A stretch of DNA of 32,000 nucleotides from Raphidiopsis brookii D9 (lineage in GTDB: Bacteria; Cyanobacteriota; Cyanobacteriia; Cyanobacteriales; Nostocaceae). The notes beneath the pieces were generated by a model that had not been told where the DNA came from, did not search any database, and saw only the letters and a program-made list of their open reading frames with translations. Every line of letters begins with the position of its first letter. Within the stretch, counting starts at the first letter, position 1. Shown here in pieces: positions 20,506 to 32,000 of the stretch. Made by a program: the position numbers and the translations under genes. The stretch covers positions 420,001 to 452,000 of the forward strand of contig ACYB01000035.1 of NCBI GenBank assembly GCA_000175855.1. Direction: 5' to 3'.

Positions 20506-20997
20506 ATGGCATCTAGTTTTTCTTTCGATATTGTCAGCGATTTTGACCGTCAAGAATTGGTCAATGCGGTTGATCAGGTGATACGAGACATCAAAAGCCG
20601 TTATGACCTCAAAGATACCCAAACCACGGTGGAGTTGGGGGAGAAAACTATTACTATTAATACTGACAGCAATATGACTTTGGAGTCGGTACATGGTATA
20701 CTGCGGGAAAAGGCTGCCAAACGTAATCTATCACAGAAGATCTTTGATTTTGGTCAAGTTGAGTCTGCTAGCGGTAATCGTGTGCGTCAAGAGATTGCCC
20801 TGAAAAAGGGCATTAATCAGGATATTGCTAAACAAATATCTAAACTAATTCGTGACAAGTTTAAAAAAGTACAGGCTTCTATTCAAGGGGATGCAGTAAG
20901 GGTTACAGCCAAAGCCAAGGATGACTTACAAGCTGTAATCCAGAGCTTAAAGGAAGAGGATTTTCCTGTAGCTTTACAATTTACCAACTACCGTTAA
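20506..20997 (+). CDS. YajQ family cyclic di-GMP/nucleotide-binding protein
   Basis: [60 protein letters not shown]. Confidence 0.92.
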   Translation: MASSFSFDIVSDFDRQELVNAVDQVIRDIKSRYDLKDTQTTVELGEKTITINTDSNMTLESVHGILREKAAKRNLSQKIFDFGQVESASGNRVRQEIALKKGINQDIAKQISKLIRDKFKKVQASIQGDAVRVTAKAKDDLQAVIQSLKEEDFPVALQFTNYR

Positions 20998-21014
20998 TTT
21001 GACACTACCATCGA

Positions 21015-21575
21015 TTAGTTCCTCTTGGTACCAATGGTGTTTTGAAATGCTGGACGGAGAGAGATGTTATGCATGTAGTTTAAGACTGCTGGGTAATCGC
21101 TCAAGTCCAGCTTCAGCATAATGGGGATATAGCTGAGTATAGATCCTACAGCTACATCAGCAACGGTAAACTGATCGCCTAGTAGAAATGGCTGTTGAGA
21201 AAAAATGTCATTTAAGGGACCTAATAAACGGGGCATTTCTTTGTCTCGATTAGTTTCTATGAATATACCTGTGGCTAAGGTCGAATTAGCAAATAGTACC
21301 CACTGGTAAAAGAAAGCTTTTGTCTCTAAAGATGGGGGTACCTGACCGTATTTTTCTGCCAAGTATAACAAAATTGCTCCCGATTCCCAAAGTTTTAACT
21401 CACCATCTACAATTGCTGGCACTTTGCCAATAGGATTAATTGCTAAGAAATCTGGTTTTAGATGCTCTCCCGCTTTCATATCCAGATTCACAAACTCGTA
21501 TGGAACATTTAGCTCCTCTAAATACCACTTAATAATTGATGCTCGACTAAAAAGGCTACCGTATAGTTTCAACAT
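21015..21575 (-). CDS. Glutathione S-transferase family protein
   Basis: KLYGSLFSRASIIKWYLEELNVPYE, GKVPAIVDGELKLWESGAILLYLAEKYG, FTVADVAVGS. Confidence 0.9.
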   Translation of the reverse strand: MLKLYGSLFSRASIIKWYLEELNVPYEFVNLDMKAGEHLKPDFLAINPIGKVPAIVDGELKLWESGAILLYLAEKYGQVPPSLETKAFFYQWVLFANSTLATGIFIETNRDKEMPRLLGPLNDIFSQQPFLLGDQFTVADVAVGSILSYIPIMLKLDLSDYPAVLNYMHNISLRPAFQNTIGTKRN

Positions 21576-21620
21576 ATTTGACTAACCATTACTCCAAGTT
21601 TTTCAAGTGATAATTTATCT

Positions 21621-22166
21621 TTAAAGCACCTTGTGGGTATGGGAATGTTGTTTAATATTGTCCTCTTTGGTAACAACTCTAGCAGCGTTCAGTACTCGCT
21701 TACGCTCCGTAGAATAATTAAAATCGCTTTTAGTTGTACCGAGAGGAATAAAGCTTTGAGCTGATTCCCGTCGTTTATAAGTGCGCGTCGCAGAAAATGT
21801 TCTTTGCAAAAACTCTTCGCTAAATTGGGCAGTTTCGGGAAATCCAGAGGGTAATAAGAGGTTTTCTCCATCTAGTATGGATCCTAAAGTGGTTGCACAA
21901 ACTAGTTTATATGATGTAGGTATCCCTTTTATTATGGCTTCTAATGCTGCTGAAGGAATTGGTTCAATAATTTCAAGTTCATGCACCTCTCCATCTTCCT
22001 TATAAAAACAAGTCGCTAAACCAATAACTATATAATCATCGGTTCTCAGATCTAAACCATTGGGATGGGAAATTGCTGTTGTCATGGAGTTTACTCGGAA
22101 TGTGAATTTTTCGTGAATTTTTTGGTTTATGCAATAGTAGGGGGTGACACTAGAAACTGACAACAC
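21621..22166 (-). CDS. Conserved hypothetical protein; likely start at internal MTTAISHP
   Basis: Long ORF with no recognised domain. Confidence 0.6.
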   Translation of the reverse strand: MLSVSSVTPYYCINQKIHEKFTFRVNSMTTAISHPNGLDLRTDDYIVIGLATCFYKEDGEVHELEIIEPIPSAALEAIIKGIPTSYKLVCATTLGSILDGENLLLPSGFPETAQFSEEFLQRTFSATRTYKRRESAQSFIPLGTTKSDFNYSTERKRVLNAARVVTKEDNIKQHSHTHKVL

Positions 22167-22439
22167 AAAGTATTAATCAGCTTTTTGCCTGATTGTAACT
22201 CCCTAGTTCCTCAATTTTGACACACATCCAAATTCTGTCTGGAATTAGTCTTGGGAGTGATGTATATGTTTCTGGGTCTATGGCCTAATTGTATAGGTAG
22301 TTTGAATTGATTCTCACCTGTTTACTCCTTAATCCCTAAATGGCACACAGATGGCATACTAGTAGTAGTACACTTAAACTACCGACAAGAAAAATTTTAT
22401 CGTTTGATTTCATAGGGCAATTAGCTTGGGCAGAAATAT

Positions 22440-23168
22440 ATGGATAGTTACTCTTTTTTCAATTCTCACACTCACAATAACCCCTTATATAAAAGAAACA
22501 ATTGGCAAAGTTCTTACAACTCTTATAACCAAAAAGAATTAGCAGACTCAGATATGGTATATTTAAAGGATGAAAAGTATATGCGATCATACGCTTTACA
22601 ACTAGCTCATCAAGGAGAGTACACAAAGGCGATCACCTTGCTGAACCGAATAATTGATAGTCATCCTGAAAATGCTATTGACTATAATAACAGAGGGTTA
22701 ATCTACTTTCAAAGCGGTCATGCTCAAAAAGCACTACTCGACTACAATACTGCCATGCAGCTGAACCCCAGGTTGGCCAGCGTTTATAATAACCGAGCTA
22801 ACTACTATGCTGCTGATGGTGATTTAGTTAAAGCACTGTCTGATTATGACCAAGCTTTGGATTTAAATCCCCGCCATGTGCGCGCCTGGATTAATCGGGG
22901 TATTACTTTACGAGAATTAGGAAAGTACAAAGATTCCATTGATGATTTTGAAGTTGCTCTGCTGTTTGGTCAACTCGAGATTCGCATTTGGTCAGAACGG
23001 GGTAGGAGTTACCACCTGTGGGGTGATTGGAACTGTGCGATCGCAGATTACCGTAGGGTCTTATCCCATACGAGTTCCTTAGATAGAATGGAGGATATAA
23101 TCACCTATAGGCTAAGGCTACAAGTGGAAAACTGGTTGGGAGAATTAAGTTTTTCCACATATAAATGA
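22440..23168 (+). CDS. TPR-repeat protein
   Basis: NAIDYNNRGLIYFQSGHAQKALLDYNTAMQLNP-type repeats. Confidence 0.85.
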   Translation: MDSYSFFNSHTHNNPLYKRNNWQSSYNSYNQKELADSDMVYLKDEKYMRSYALQLAHQGEYTKAITLLNRIIDSHPENAIDYNNRGLIYFQSGHAQKALLDYNTAMQLNPRLASVYNNRANYYAADGDLVKALSDYDQALDLNPRHVRAWINRGITLRELGKYKDSIDDFEVALLFGQLEIRIWSERGRSYHLWGDWNCAIADYRRVLSHTSSLDRMEDIITYRLRLQVENWLGELSFSTYK

Positions 23169-23206
23169 ACTAAATAAATGGTAAGATGGGAATAGTTTCC
23201 TACCTT

Positions 23207-23617
23207 TTACTGGGTGGAATCTGGAGGTTCGACAGTTTTTCTATCTGGATTAACCAGTATAATTTGTCGCTGGTTGGGTGGTAAGCGGTAAGAGTTTTCT
23301 CTCATAATGCTTTGAGTTTGACTAGGATCAAAATTACGGGTAAATTCTTCTCTTAGGGTGCGAACGCGGCTTTCCATAAGCTTAATTTGTGTCTCTATAT
23401 TTTCTAACTTATCTTGCTGTAACCAGTAATAGGGGAACAGTCTTGTAAGTGCAGATACTGATACTAAAATAACAAGTAAATTTACGATGATTTTACCAAA
23501 AACTTCCAGTCCCATAATTAATTGCGATCGCTGGCGAGGGTATCTTTTCGACTGACGGCGTACAGTTGGGGATTGTTTTTCAGGCTGTAGTGGTGGTATG
23601 TATTCAAATGCTTTCAT
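23207..23617 (-). CDS. Hypothetical single-TM protein with coiled-coil segment
   Basis: LIMGLEVFGKIIVNLLVILVSVSALTRLFPYYW then KLENIETQIKLMESRVRTLREEF; start set to internal MKAFEYIPP. Confidence 0.65.
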   Translation of the reverse strand: MKAFEYIPPLQPEKQSPTVRRQSKRYPRQRSQLIMGLEVFGKIIVNLLVILVSVSALTRLFPYYWLQQDKLENIETQIKLMESRVRTLREEFTRNFDPSQTQSIMRENSYRLPPNQRQIILVNPDRKTVEPPDSTQ

Positions 23618-23719
23618 TGTGTTAAATGACCCTGATTTATTATAACATAGTAATGCATGTGAGGAATATTCAACAAGTACGCCCATCAAATAATATTACA
23701 ACAGTCTCCCTAATTATCC

Positions 23720-24739
23720 ATGCTTTCTCCCCAGCTAAAATCTCGCCTTTCTCAACCCCTAAAAATCGGCTCCTTGGAGGTCAAAAGCCGGGTTTTACAA
23801 TCCCCTTTGTCGGGAGTGACGGATTTGGTATTTCGTCGCTTGGTGCGTCGCTATGCACCGGATTCCATGATGTACACAGAAATGGTTAATGCGACGGGTT
23901 TACATTATGTGAAACAACTACCCAAAATCATGGAGGTAGACCCTAATGAGCGCCCCATTAGTATTCAGTTATTTGATTGTCGTCCCGATTTCTTAGCAGA
24001 AGCAGCAGTAAAAGCAGTAGCAGAGGGCGCAGACACTGTGGATATTAATATGGGTTGTCCGGTGAATAAAATTACTAAAAATGGGGGTGGGTCATCTTTA
24101 TTACGACAACCAGAAGTAGCAGAAGCCATTGTCAGGGAAGTGGTCAACGCCATAAATGTCCCGGTTACGGTGAAAACCCGTATTGGCTGGAGTGATAAAG
24201 AAATTACCATTCTAGATTTTGCCAAACGGATGGAAGATGCGGGGGCAAAAATGATTACCGTCCATGGTAGAACTCGGGCTCAGGGTTACAATGGTAATGC
24301 TCGTTGGGAATGGATAGCCAAGGTCAAACAAATACTTTCTATTCCAGTGATTGCCAATGGCGATATTTTTTCCGTTGCAGCTGCTGTCAAATGTCTCGAA
24401 GAAACTGGAGCAGATGGTGTAATGTGCTCCCGTGGTACCTTGGGATATCCCTTCCTAGTAGGTGAAGTAGATCATTTTTTAAAAACTGGGGAATTATTAC
24501 CTTCCCCCACTCCCACCCAAAGGTTGGAATGCGCTAGAGAACATTTGTATGCTTTATGGGAATATAAAGGCGATCGCGGGGTACGTCAAGCTCGTAAACA
24601 TCTCACTTGGTATGCGAAAGATTTTATGGGAGCAGCAGACTTACGGGGGAAATTGAGCACTATAGAAAGTGTACAACAGGGATTGGACTTGATTAATCAA
24701 GCGACAGAGCGGTTAAATTCTCAGGATTTGTTAGTCTAA
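23720..24739 (+). CDS. dusB: tRNA-dihydrouridine synthase
   Basis: APLSG-like VLQSPLSGVTDLVFRRLVRRY, DINMGCPVNKITKNGGGSSLLR, VTVKTRIGW, HGRTRAQGYNG. Confidence 0.92.
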   Translation: MLSPQLKSRLSQPLKIGSLEVKSRVLQSPLSGVTDLVFRRLVRRYAPDSMMYTEMVNATGLHYVKQLPKIMEVDPNERPISIQLFDCRPDFLAEAAVKAVAEGADTVDINMGCPVNKITKNGGGSSLLRQPEVAEAIVREVVNAINVPVTVKTRIGWSDKEITILDFAKRMEDAGAKMITVHGRTRAQGYNGNARWEWIAKVKQILSIPVIANGDIFSVAAAVKCLEETGADGVMCSRGTLGYPFLVGEVDHFLKTGELLPSPTPTQRLECAREHLYALWEYKGDRGVRQARKHLTWYAKDFMGAADLRGKLSTIESVQQGLDLINQATERLNSQDLLV

Positions 24740-25361
24740 TGACAAAAGTTCTCAACACTTTCAACATAGACAAACTAATTTCATGTCCCGTGTCAAACTG
24801 ATGATATTCCACAGGAACTCCCAAAGATTGTGCAACCTGTTGGCTTTTAATTGCAGCTGAGAGGGGGACAACCTGGTCTTGTGTCCCGTGCATAATCAGG
24901 GTCGGGGGGAACTGGCGTTTTTCCATATTAGACACTTGAGGATGTAAATAGCCACTCATGACCACTAAACCGGCCAAGGGTAAGCTGAGACCCACATCTA
25001 AGGTCATGGCTCCACCTTGGGAAAATCCGGTCAAAATAGTTTTAGACAGGGGAATTCCCGTAGTGGTTGGTAGGGATTGCAACCAGTCTATTAATAGTTG
25101 ACGGCTTGCTACTAGTCCTTCATACATTTTGTCATCTCGTAAATCATACCATGCTCTACCATTATTGTTATAGGGATAGGGATAGGGAGCGTTAGGAAGC
25201 AGAAATTCATATTCAGGTAGGTTGATATGGGGTAATAAGGATGCTACGTCCTCAGCATTGGCACCCCAACCGTGTAAGGTGACAATTAGTCCCAGTGGAG
25301 TTTTTGTGGTTTGGGCAGAAATTCTAATAGAATCTAAGGTCATAGTTACCAATTTCTCCAC
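24693..25361 (-). CDS. Alpha/beta hydrolase, phospholipase/carboxylesterase family
   Basis: VTLHGWGANAEDV, ILTGFSQGGAM (GxSxG), HGTQDQVVP. Confidence 0.88.
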   Translation of the reverse strand: MEKLVTMTLDSIRISAQTTKTPLGLIVTLHGWGANAEDVASLLPHINLPEYEFLLPNAPYPYPYNNNGRAWYDLRDDKMYEGLVASRQLLIDWLQSLPTTTGIPLSKTILTGFSQGGAMTLDVGLSLPLAGLVVMSGYLHPQVSNMEKRQFPPTLIMHGTQDQVVPLSAAIKSQQVAQSLGVPVEYHQFDTGHEISLSMLKVLRTFVIRLTNPENLTALSLD

Positions 25362-26224
25362 CCACCCTGAGTTTGATGTTGGTTTTCCAGGAGATTATGG
25401 TACTCAACACTGCTAGACCATCGATCAATTTCCCGGGCCCGCAGGACAGGTACAGGATGACTTAACTGGGCTGTGTGAGCATCTTTAACCATCATACCCA
25501 ACTCAGTTTTGCTTATTGCATCATAAGCATGAGCTTGGGCAACAAAAGCATCCAGATTTAATCGGGGTGCTAGGGTTGGTGAACCACCAGCTAGTTTCAT
25601 TAATACCGACATCACCACTTTAGGATTTTGAGTCGCTAATAACGCAGCGCGATCGCAAGTAAACTCAGCACAGCGTACCCATTCTAATAACTGGTTTTGT
25701 AGTGACTGAGCTAAAACAACGCCAATGTTAGGCAAAATAGAAGTGGCTAATATTAACAAGTTAGCTGGTGTTAGATAAACACTGTGGTCACATTTGAGGT
25801 GTCCCAATTCGTGACCAATCACGGCTTGTATTTCCTCTGGTGTGAGCATATCAACTAGGGAAGTATGTAATACTATAAAAGGCTGTTTACCTCGCATAGC
25901 GAAAGTGTAAGCATTAGGACTAGGATGCTGACGGATATATAGTTGTGGTAGCTCAATATCCAAATTTTTACAAGCATCTATTAATAGATAATATAAATCA
26001 GGTAGTTGTTTTTCGCTCACCAAAATACTGGAGGCTATATTTTCTGCATAAAATACCTGTTCAGCAACTGGTCCAAGCAGATTTCTGACCATAATATCTA
26101 TTCCTGGAATTTGCCGAAGAGTTTTTGTTGCTTCCAAGTCTAAAGGGTGACGGAAATAGTCTGCTTTTAAACCGATAAGTGGTTTTCTTGCTATTGTTTC
26201 TACTGATGTTTTAACTAAAGACAT
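25346..26224 (-). CDS. M48 family metallopeptidase
   Basis: VIGHELGHLKCDH (HExxH), EFTCDRAALLA. Confidence 0.9.
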   Translation of the reverse strand: MSLVKTSVETIARKPLIGLKADYFRHPLDLEATKTLRQIPGIDIMVRNLLGPVAEQVFYAENIASSILVSEKQLPDLYYLLIDACKNLDIELPQLYIRQHPSPNAYTFAMRGKQPFIVLHTSLVDMLTPEEIQAVIGHELGHLKCDHSVYLTPANLLILATSILPNIGVVLAQSLQNQLLEWVRCAEFTCDRAALLATQNPKVVMSVLMKLAGGSPTLAPRLNLDAFVAQAHAYDAISKTELGMMVKDAHTAQLSHPVPVLRAREIDRWSSSVEYHNLLENQHQTQGGWRNW

Positions 26225-26239
26225 AGATAAAAAAGAAAA

Positions 26240-27130
26240 TTAACTATTATTAATTTTAGGTACTTCTAAAACTATAGCACCCAGAAGTCCCTTGCGAAAA
26301 TCACTAATGATAGTCCTAGCAGTACGTTCCACATCTCCTTGATAACGACTTGCTGCTAACACCTCTAAATATGCTTCTCCTGTATGAATAATAGAATCAA
26401 CACCATAGCGAGAAAGTAGTGGATGGGGTGGTAATAAATGGGGGGAAGTTTCTTGAAACTGATTGACCATATCCACAAAAGCAGCTGCTATTAATTGATT
26501 ATCGTAGGATGCTTCGCCAATATCATCACAGATAGCTAATTTCACTGCTGCTTGCTGATCTTCTAATCGAGAAGGAATAATTCCCGGTGCGTCTAACAAT
26601 TCTAAATGTTCAGAAATTTTCACCCAGCGCAATTGACGGGTGACACCCGGACGAGCAGCACTTTCCACAACTCTTTTCCCTAACAACCGATTAATCAGTG
26701 CGGATTTTCCCACATTGGGAAAACCAATCACTACTGCACGCACGGGACGGGGTAACATCCCCCTTTGTTTTCTCCTTTCATTTAGTTCTGTTCCTGCTAT
26801 TTGTGCTGCTTTAGCTATAGCTGTAATTCCTTGACCTTGTTGAGCATTAGCAAAGTAGGGCACTTCTCCTTGTTTTTTAAGCCATTCTGACCATATTGAT
26901 TTTACTTGGGGCAAAATCATGTCTAGTCGGTTAATCACTAGCACCCGTGATTTGTTACCTATCCATTCTTTAACTTGAGGATGGTGTGTAGATAATGGAA
27001 TACGTGCATCCCTAACCTCTAATACCACATCTACCCTTTTTAATTGCTCTTTAAGATTTTTTTCCGCCTTAGCAATATGACCGGGATACCATTGGATGAT
27101 ATTTAACTTGTAGTTTTGTGTTATGGACAT
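26240..27130 (-). CDS. ylqF: Ribosome biogenesis GTPase YlqF/RbgA
   Basis: QWYPGHIAKAEKNLKEQLKRVDVVLEVRDARIP, NRLD, GFPNVGKSALINRLLG; circularly permuted GTPase order. Confidence 0.92.
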   Translation of the reverse strand: MSITQNYKLNIIQWYPGHIAKAEKNLKEQLKRVDVVLEVRDARIPLSTHHPQVKEWIGNKSRVLVINRLDMILPQVKSIWSEWLKKQGEVPYFANAQQGQGITAIAKAAQIAGTELNERRKQRGMLPRPVRAVVIGFPNVGKSALINRLLGKRVVESAARPGVTRQLRWVKISEHLELLDAPGIIPSRLEDQQAAVKLAICDDIGEASYDNQLIAAAFVDMVNQFQETSPHLLPPHPLLSRYGVDSIIHTGEAYLEVLAASRYQGDVERTARTIISDFRKGLLGAIVLEVPKINNS

Positions 27131-27513
27131 TGTTTATCAATATTGCTACTGCTGTACAAAATTAAACGATTACCATCTGGATCCTGGGCATAAATCTCCT
27201 GACCATGGGAAGTTATGGAAATTTCTCCCGTGGGAAGATAACCTAGAGATTTCAGATCAGAAATGGCATTTTCTAGGTTGCTCACCTCTATACATAAACT
27301 TAGCGGATTTTTGCCATGAACTACAAATTCTGATTCATGATCTTTTTGCGGTCTGAAAATACCTAATCTCAGATGGTCAACTTGCCACTCAACGTAAATA
27401 CTAGGTATAAATTTAATGGGCGGGCTTTCTAGTAACTGCATATAAAAGTTGACCATCCGATCAAAATTTACCGTACCTATCGTTACTAGTATATAGTTAT
27501 ATTTCATGAGCAA
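27121..27513 (-). CDS. VOC/glyoxalase-like domain protein
   Basis: NFDRMVNFYMQLL, GHEIYAQDPDGNRLILY. Confidence 0.8.
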   Translation of the reverse strand: MLMKYNYILVTIGTVNFDRMVNFYMQLLESPPIKFIPSIYVEWQVDHLRLGIFRPQKDHESEFVVHGKNPLSLCIEVSNLENAISDLKSLGYLPTGEISITSHGQEIYAQDPDGNRLILYSSSNIDKQCP

Positions 27514-27531
27514 CTATCTCGTTTTTCTATT

Positions 27532-28062
27532 ATGGACCGGATGAACTTGCCAAATACTATTACCTTGTCTAGACTATTGGGAATACCGTTTTTGCTGTAT
27601 GGGCTATATATTCCTACCCAGGGTGCTAAATGGATATGCTTAATTATATTTTTAATAGCAGCACTAACAGATTGGTTAGATGGATATCTGGCCAGAAAAC
27701 TGAACCAAGTTACGGATTTGGGCAAATTCCTAGATCCATTGGTGGATAAGTTATTAGTTCTAGCACCATTCTTAGTATTTGTAGAACTGGGTAAAATTCC
27801 CGGTTGGGGAGTATTCATCATCCTAGCAAGAGAATTAGCTATAGCAGGTTGGCGAATTAACCAAACCACAATTAGCGGAGCTAATATTTGGGGAAAATTA
27901 AAAACCATTACCCAAATTCTATCCATAGCTTTACTGATTGCACCATTACCCACCAATTGGCAAATCTATGCTAAATCTGCTTTCTGGCTATCTGTACTTC
28001 TAACGGTGATTTCTGGACTAATTTATTTATTACCCGTTTTATCACCCAAGCATGGAAACTGA
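27532..28062 (+). CDS. pgsA: CDP-diacylglycerol-glycerol-3-phosphate 3-phosphatidyltransferase
   Basis: MNLPNTITLSRL; DWLDGYLARKLNQVTDLGKFLDPLVDK CDP-alcohol phosphatidyltransferase motif. Confidence 0.92.
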   Translation: MDRMNLPNTITLSRLLGIPFLLYGLYIPTQGAKWICLIIFLIAALTDWLDGYLARKLNQVTDLGKFLDPLVDKLLVLAPFLVFVELGKIPGWGVFIILARELAIAGWRINQTTISGANIWGKLKTITQILSIALLIAPLPTNWQIYAKSAFWLSVLLTVISGLIYLLPVLSPKHGN

Positions 28063-28083
28063 ATATTTTTAAGCAGCAACTTC

Positions 28084-29669
<1,586 letters not shown>

Positions 29670-29879
29670 AGGGAAATAGGGATTGAGGAAGGGTAAGAAT
29701 TAGCAATTGGCAATCACAGAAAATGTGATTCTTTGGTTGCATGTCTGACCTTTTTACCAGACAACAACCTATACCTCCAAAATATCAACTTTATATGCTA
29801 ATCGTCCATCCATATCTCTTGATTCTCTCCCCTGTTTTTTGTTAAGTTTTAATGCCTTATCTAAAGATTTCTTTTTAAA

Positions 29880-30665
29880 ATGGCAATTCTTGAGCAAGTT
29901 TGGCAATTTTGTCATCGACAATTTTTATGTGTAATTGCATCTGTTTTGTTTTACACTTCCATACCACTCCCCCATCTTCCGGACCTGAAATTCCAAAGGG
30001 TAGCCCTTTTTGCTCCTGCTATAGGTTTGCTAATTGGTGCTATTTTGGGTCTTTTGGATATGCTGTTTGATTACTTAGGAATATCAGCATTAACACAAAG
30101 TGTTTTGATAGTCATCATCTGGATAGGGATCACAGGAGGTTTACATTTAGATGGTGCTATGGATACTGCTGATGGTTTAGCAGTGACTGATCCCCAAAGA
30201 AGATTAGAAGTCATGGCCGATAGTGCTACGGGTGCTTTTGGTGTCATGGCAGCTCTGGCTATTTTACTGATAAAAATGGCTGCTTTGACAGATATTTCCC
30301 AAAATCGCTTTTTTCTTCTAATGGTTGCTTGTGGTTGGGGAAGGTGGGGACAGCAATTGGCTATTTTTCAATATCCCTATCTTAAATCTACTGGTAAGGG
30401 AGCATTTCATAAACAGGCCATTCGTCATCAGATGGATTTATTACCTAGTTGGGTTTTGCTTTTGGGTTTTACCTTACTCATTTGGGCTTTTAACCAAGGT
30501 AACTTTGTTTTGGTTATATTTACCCTAATTATTGGCAATATTATCTCCTTTATTGTTCCTGCATGGTTTAACCATAAACTGGGTGGACATACGGGAGACA
30601 CTTATGGCGCAGTGGTTGAATGGACTGAAGCTCTCTTCCTATGCTGTATGAGTAGTTTGACATAG
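29880..30665 (+). CDS. cobS: Adenosylcobinamide-GDP ribazoletransferase
   Basis: [54 protein letters not shown]. Confidence 0.93.
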   Translation: MAILEQVWQFCHRQFLCVIASVLFYTSIPLPHLPDLKFQRVALFAPAIGLLIGAILGLLDMLFDYLGISALTQSVLIVIIWIGITGGLHLDGAMDTADGLAVTDPQRRLEVMADSATGAFGVMAALAILLIKMAALTDISQNRFFLLMVACGWGRWGQQLAIFQYPYLKSTGKGAFHKQAIRHQMDLLPSWVLLLGFTLLIWAFNQGNFVLVIFTLIIGNIISFIVPAWFNHKLGGHTGDTYGAVVEWTEALFLCCMSSLT

Positions 30666-30712
30666 GTAAGGTAGGGGATTATTAGACATTCCCCAACCCT
30701 AAACCACACATA

Positions 30713-31933
30713 CTATGGTGCAAGTGCATTACCACGTAATAAACTGCCAATGGTTTTGGCCGTAATTTTTAACTGGGTGATTGGATTAGCTGGAACTACG
30801 GTCTTATATAAATAGCTGTCAAAAGTCAGCTTTTGGACATCCATGTCATCACACATTTCCACAAATGCTTCCCTGGTAGCATCCGAGCGGTAGAACACGG
30901 TTTGTAACAGATCCAATACTTTATAGGTAAGTCCGTATTTTTTATCCCAACGCTTAATATAAAGTTTTAATTCCCTTTCACTAGGAATGCGCGCTCCACT
31001 ATTAGACACTTCCACAATGGTCTCCGCACACATTCTTCCAGACTTAGCAGCAAAGTAAATACCTTCACCTGAGGATTTGGTCACATAACCAGCAGCATCA
31101 CCCACTAAAGCAATTCGACCTACTACCCGACGTGGACGGGGATGTTCTGGTATAGGATGGGCTTCTACCTTAATAATTGTACCCCCAGCCAATTTTTCCA
31201 CTGCACGGGCCCGAATACCAGCTTGTAACTGTTTAATACTGGCTTTATTTACATGCATGGTCCCAGTACCCACAGCCACGTGGTCATACTTGGGAAAGAT
31301 CCAAGCGTAAAAATCCGTGGAAACATCATCTCCCACATACATCTCCGCTAGGTTGTTATAGTATGCCATTTTATCTTCAGGAAGACGAATTCTCTCCTGA
31401 AAGGCGATCGCATAATTATAATCCCCAGCATCCATTTCTTTAGCAACACGGGAGTTGGCACCATCTGCACCAATAATTAAATCCACCTTGAGAGTTTTGG
31501 CCACACCAACGGATCCACCCTCATTGTGATCAACATAATGAATTGTATAGGGGTCAGAATTATTATTAGGTATATCTAATTTATGCACAGTGGCATTAAT
31601 TAAGTTAGCACCCAATTTAGCGGCCCGGTTTCTTAAAAAACCATCTAGGACCTCTCTACGACACATCCCTATATATTCTTCTTGGTTAGTGAGATTGATA
31701 TCAACCTCTCGGTTAGAGGGGGAGATCATCTTCATATTGCGTACCCGACGGTCAATAATATCTGCTGGTAGATCAAACTCACTAACCATACAAAGGGGGA
31801 TAGCACCACCGCAAGGTTTAGCATTATCTAACTTACGCTCAAATAAATAAGTTTCAATCCCTGCTTTAGCTAGAGTTTCAGCAGCAGATGAACCAGCTGG
31901 GCCAGAACCCACAACAGCAACTCGTAATGTCAA
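30713..31933 (-). CDS. chlP: Geranylgeranyl reductase (geranylgeranyl diphosphate/chlorophyll)
   Basis: VAVVGSGPAGSSAAETLAKAGIETYLFERK, CGGAIPLCMVSEF, GDAAGYVTKSSGEGIYFA. Confidence 0.93.
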   Translation of the reverse strand: MTLRVAVVGSGPAGSSAAETLAKAGIETYLFERKLDNAKPCGGAIPLCMVSEFDLPADIIDRRVRNMKMISPSNREVDINLTNQEEYIGMCRREVLDGFLRNRAAKLGANLINATVHKLDIPNNNSDPYTIHYVDHNEGGSVGVAKTLKVDLIIGADGANSRVAKEMDAGDYNYAIAFQERIRLPEDKMAYYNNLAEMYVGDDVSTDFYAWIFPKYDHVAVGTGTMHVNKASIKQLQAGIRARAVEKLAGGTIIKVEAHPIPEHPRPRRVVGRIALVGDAAGYVTKSSGEGIYFAAKSGRMCAETIVEVSNSGARIPSERELKLYIKRWDKKYGLTYKVLDLLQTVFYRSDATREAFVEMCDDMDVQKLTFDSYLYKTVVPANPITQLKITAKTIGSLLRGNALAP

Positions 31934-32000
31934 AGGTTTACTCCTAATCCTTCAATTTACCTAAAGAATCCTAGCACACACCTTCCCGGGTTCGACCTTT

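Noticed and set aside
27504-27956. 150-aa minus-strand ORF
   Set aside because: Antisense to pgsA, which has clear family motifs; composition looks like a shadow ORF.

Overview
This is a cyanobacterial chromosomal window. The gene set points to a filamentous, Nostocales-like organism, but that placement is inference. Most of it is ordinary housekeeping: LPOR, R3H/AAA ATPase, LdpA, signal peptidase I, dihydroorotase, YajQ, GST, DusB, M48 peptidase, YlqF-type GTPase, PgsA, Tgt, CobS and ChlP. The accessory part is about 4.63-12.95 kb. It holds a minus-strand MFS exporter and a 2079-aa two-module NRPS read as A-T-C-A-T-C. The NRPS has three unusual properties readable from the sequence: the first A domain has Thr at the usual Asp235 position, the last C domain has a local in-frame loss of about 35 residues after HHxxxDGWSL, and there is no TE or reductase domain. 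The pair is bracketed by a 77-bp direct repeat (about 95% identical) made of the 3' end of the neighbouring TPR gene, which suggests an insertion or recombination scar. Product and function of the cluster are not known from sequence alone. No CRISPR array, rRNA, tRNA or complete transposase was recognised.
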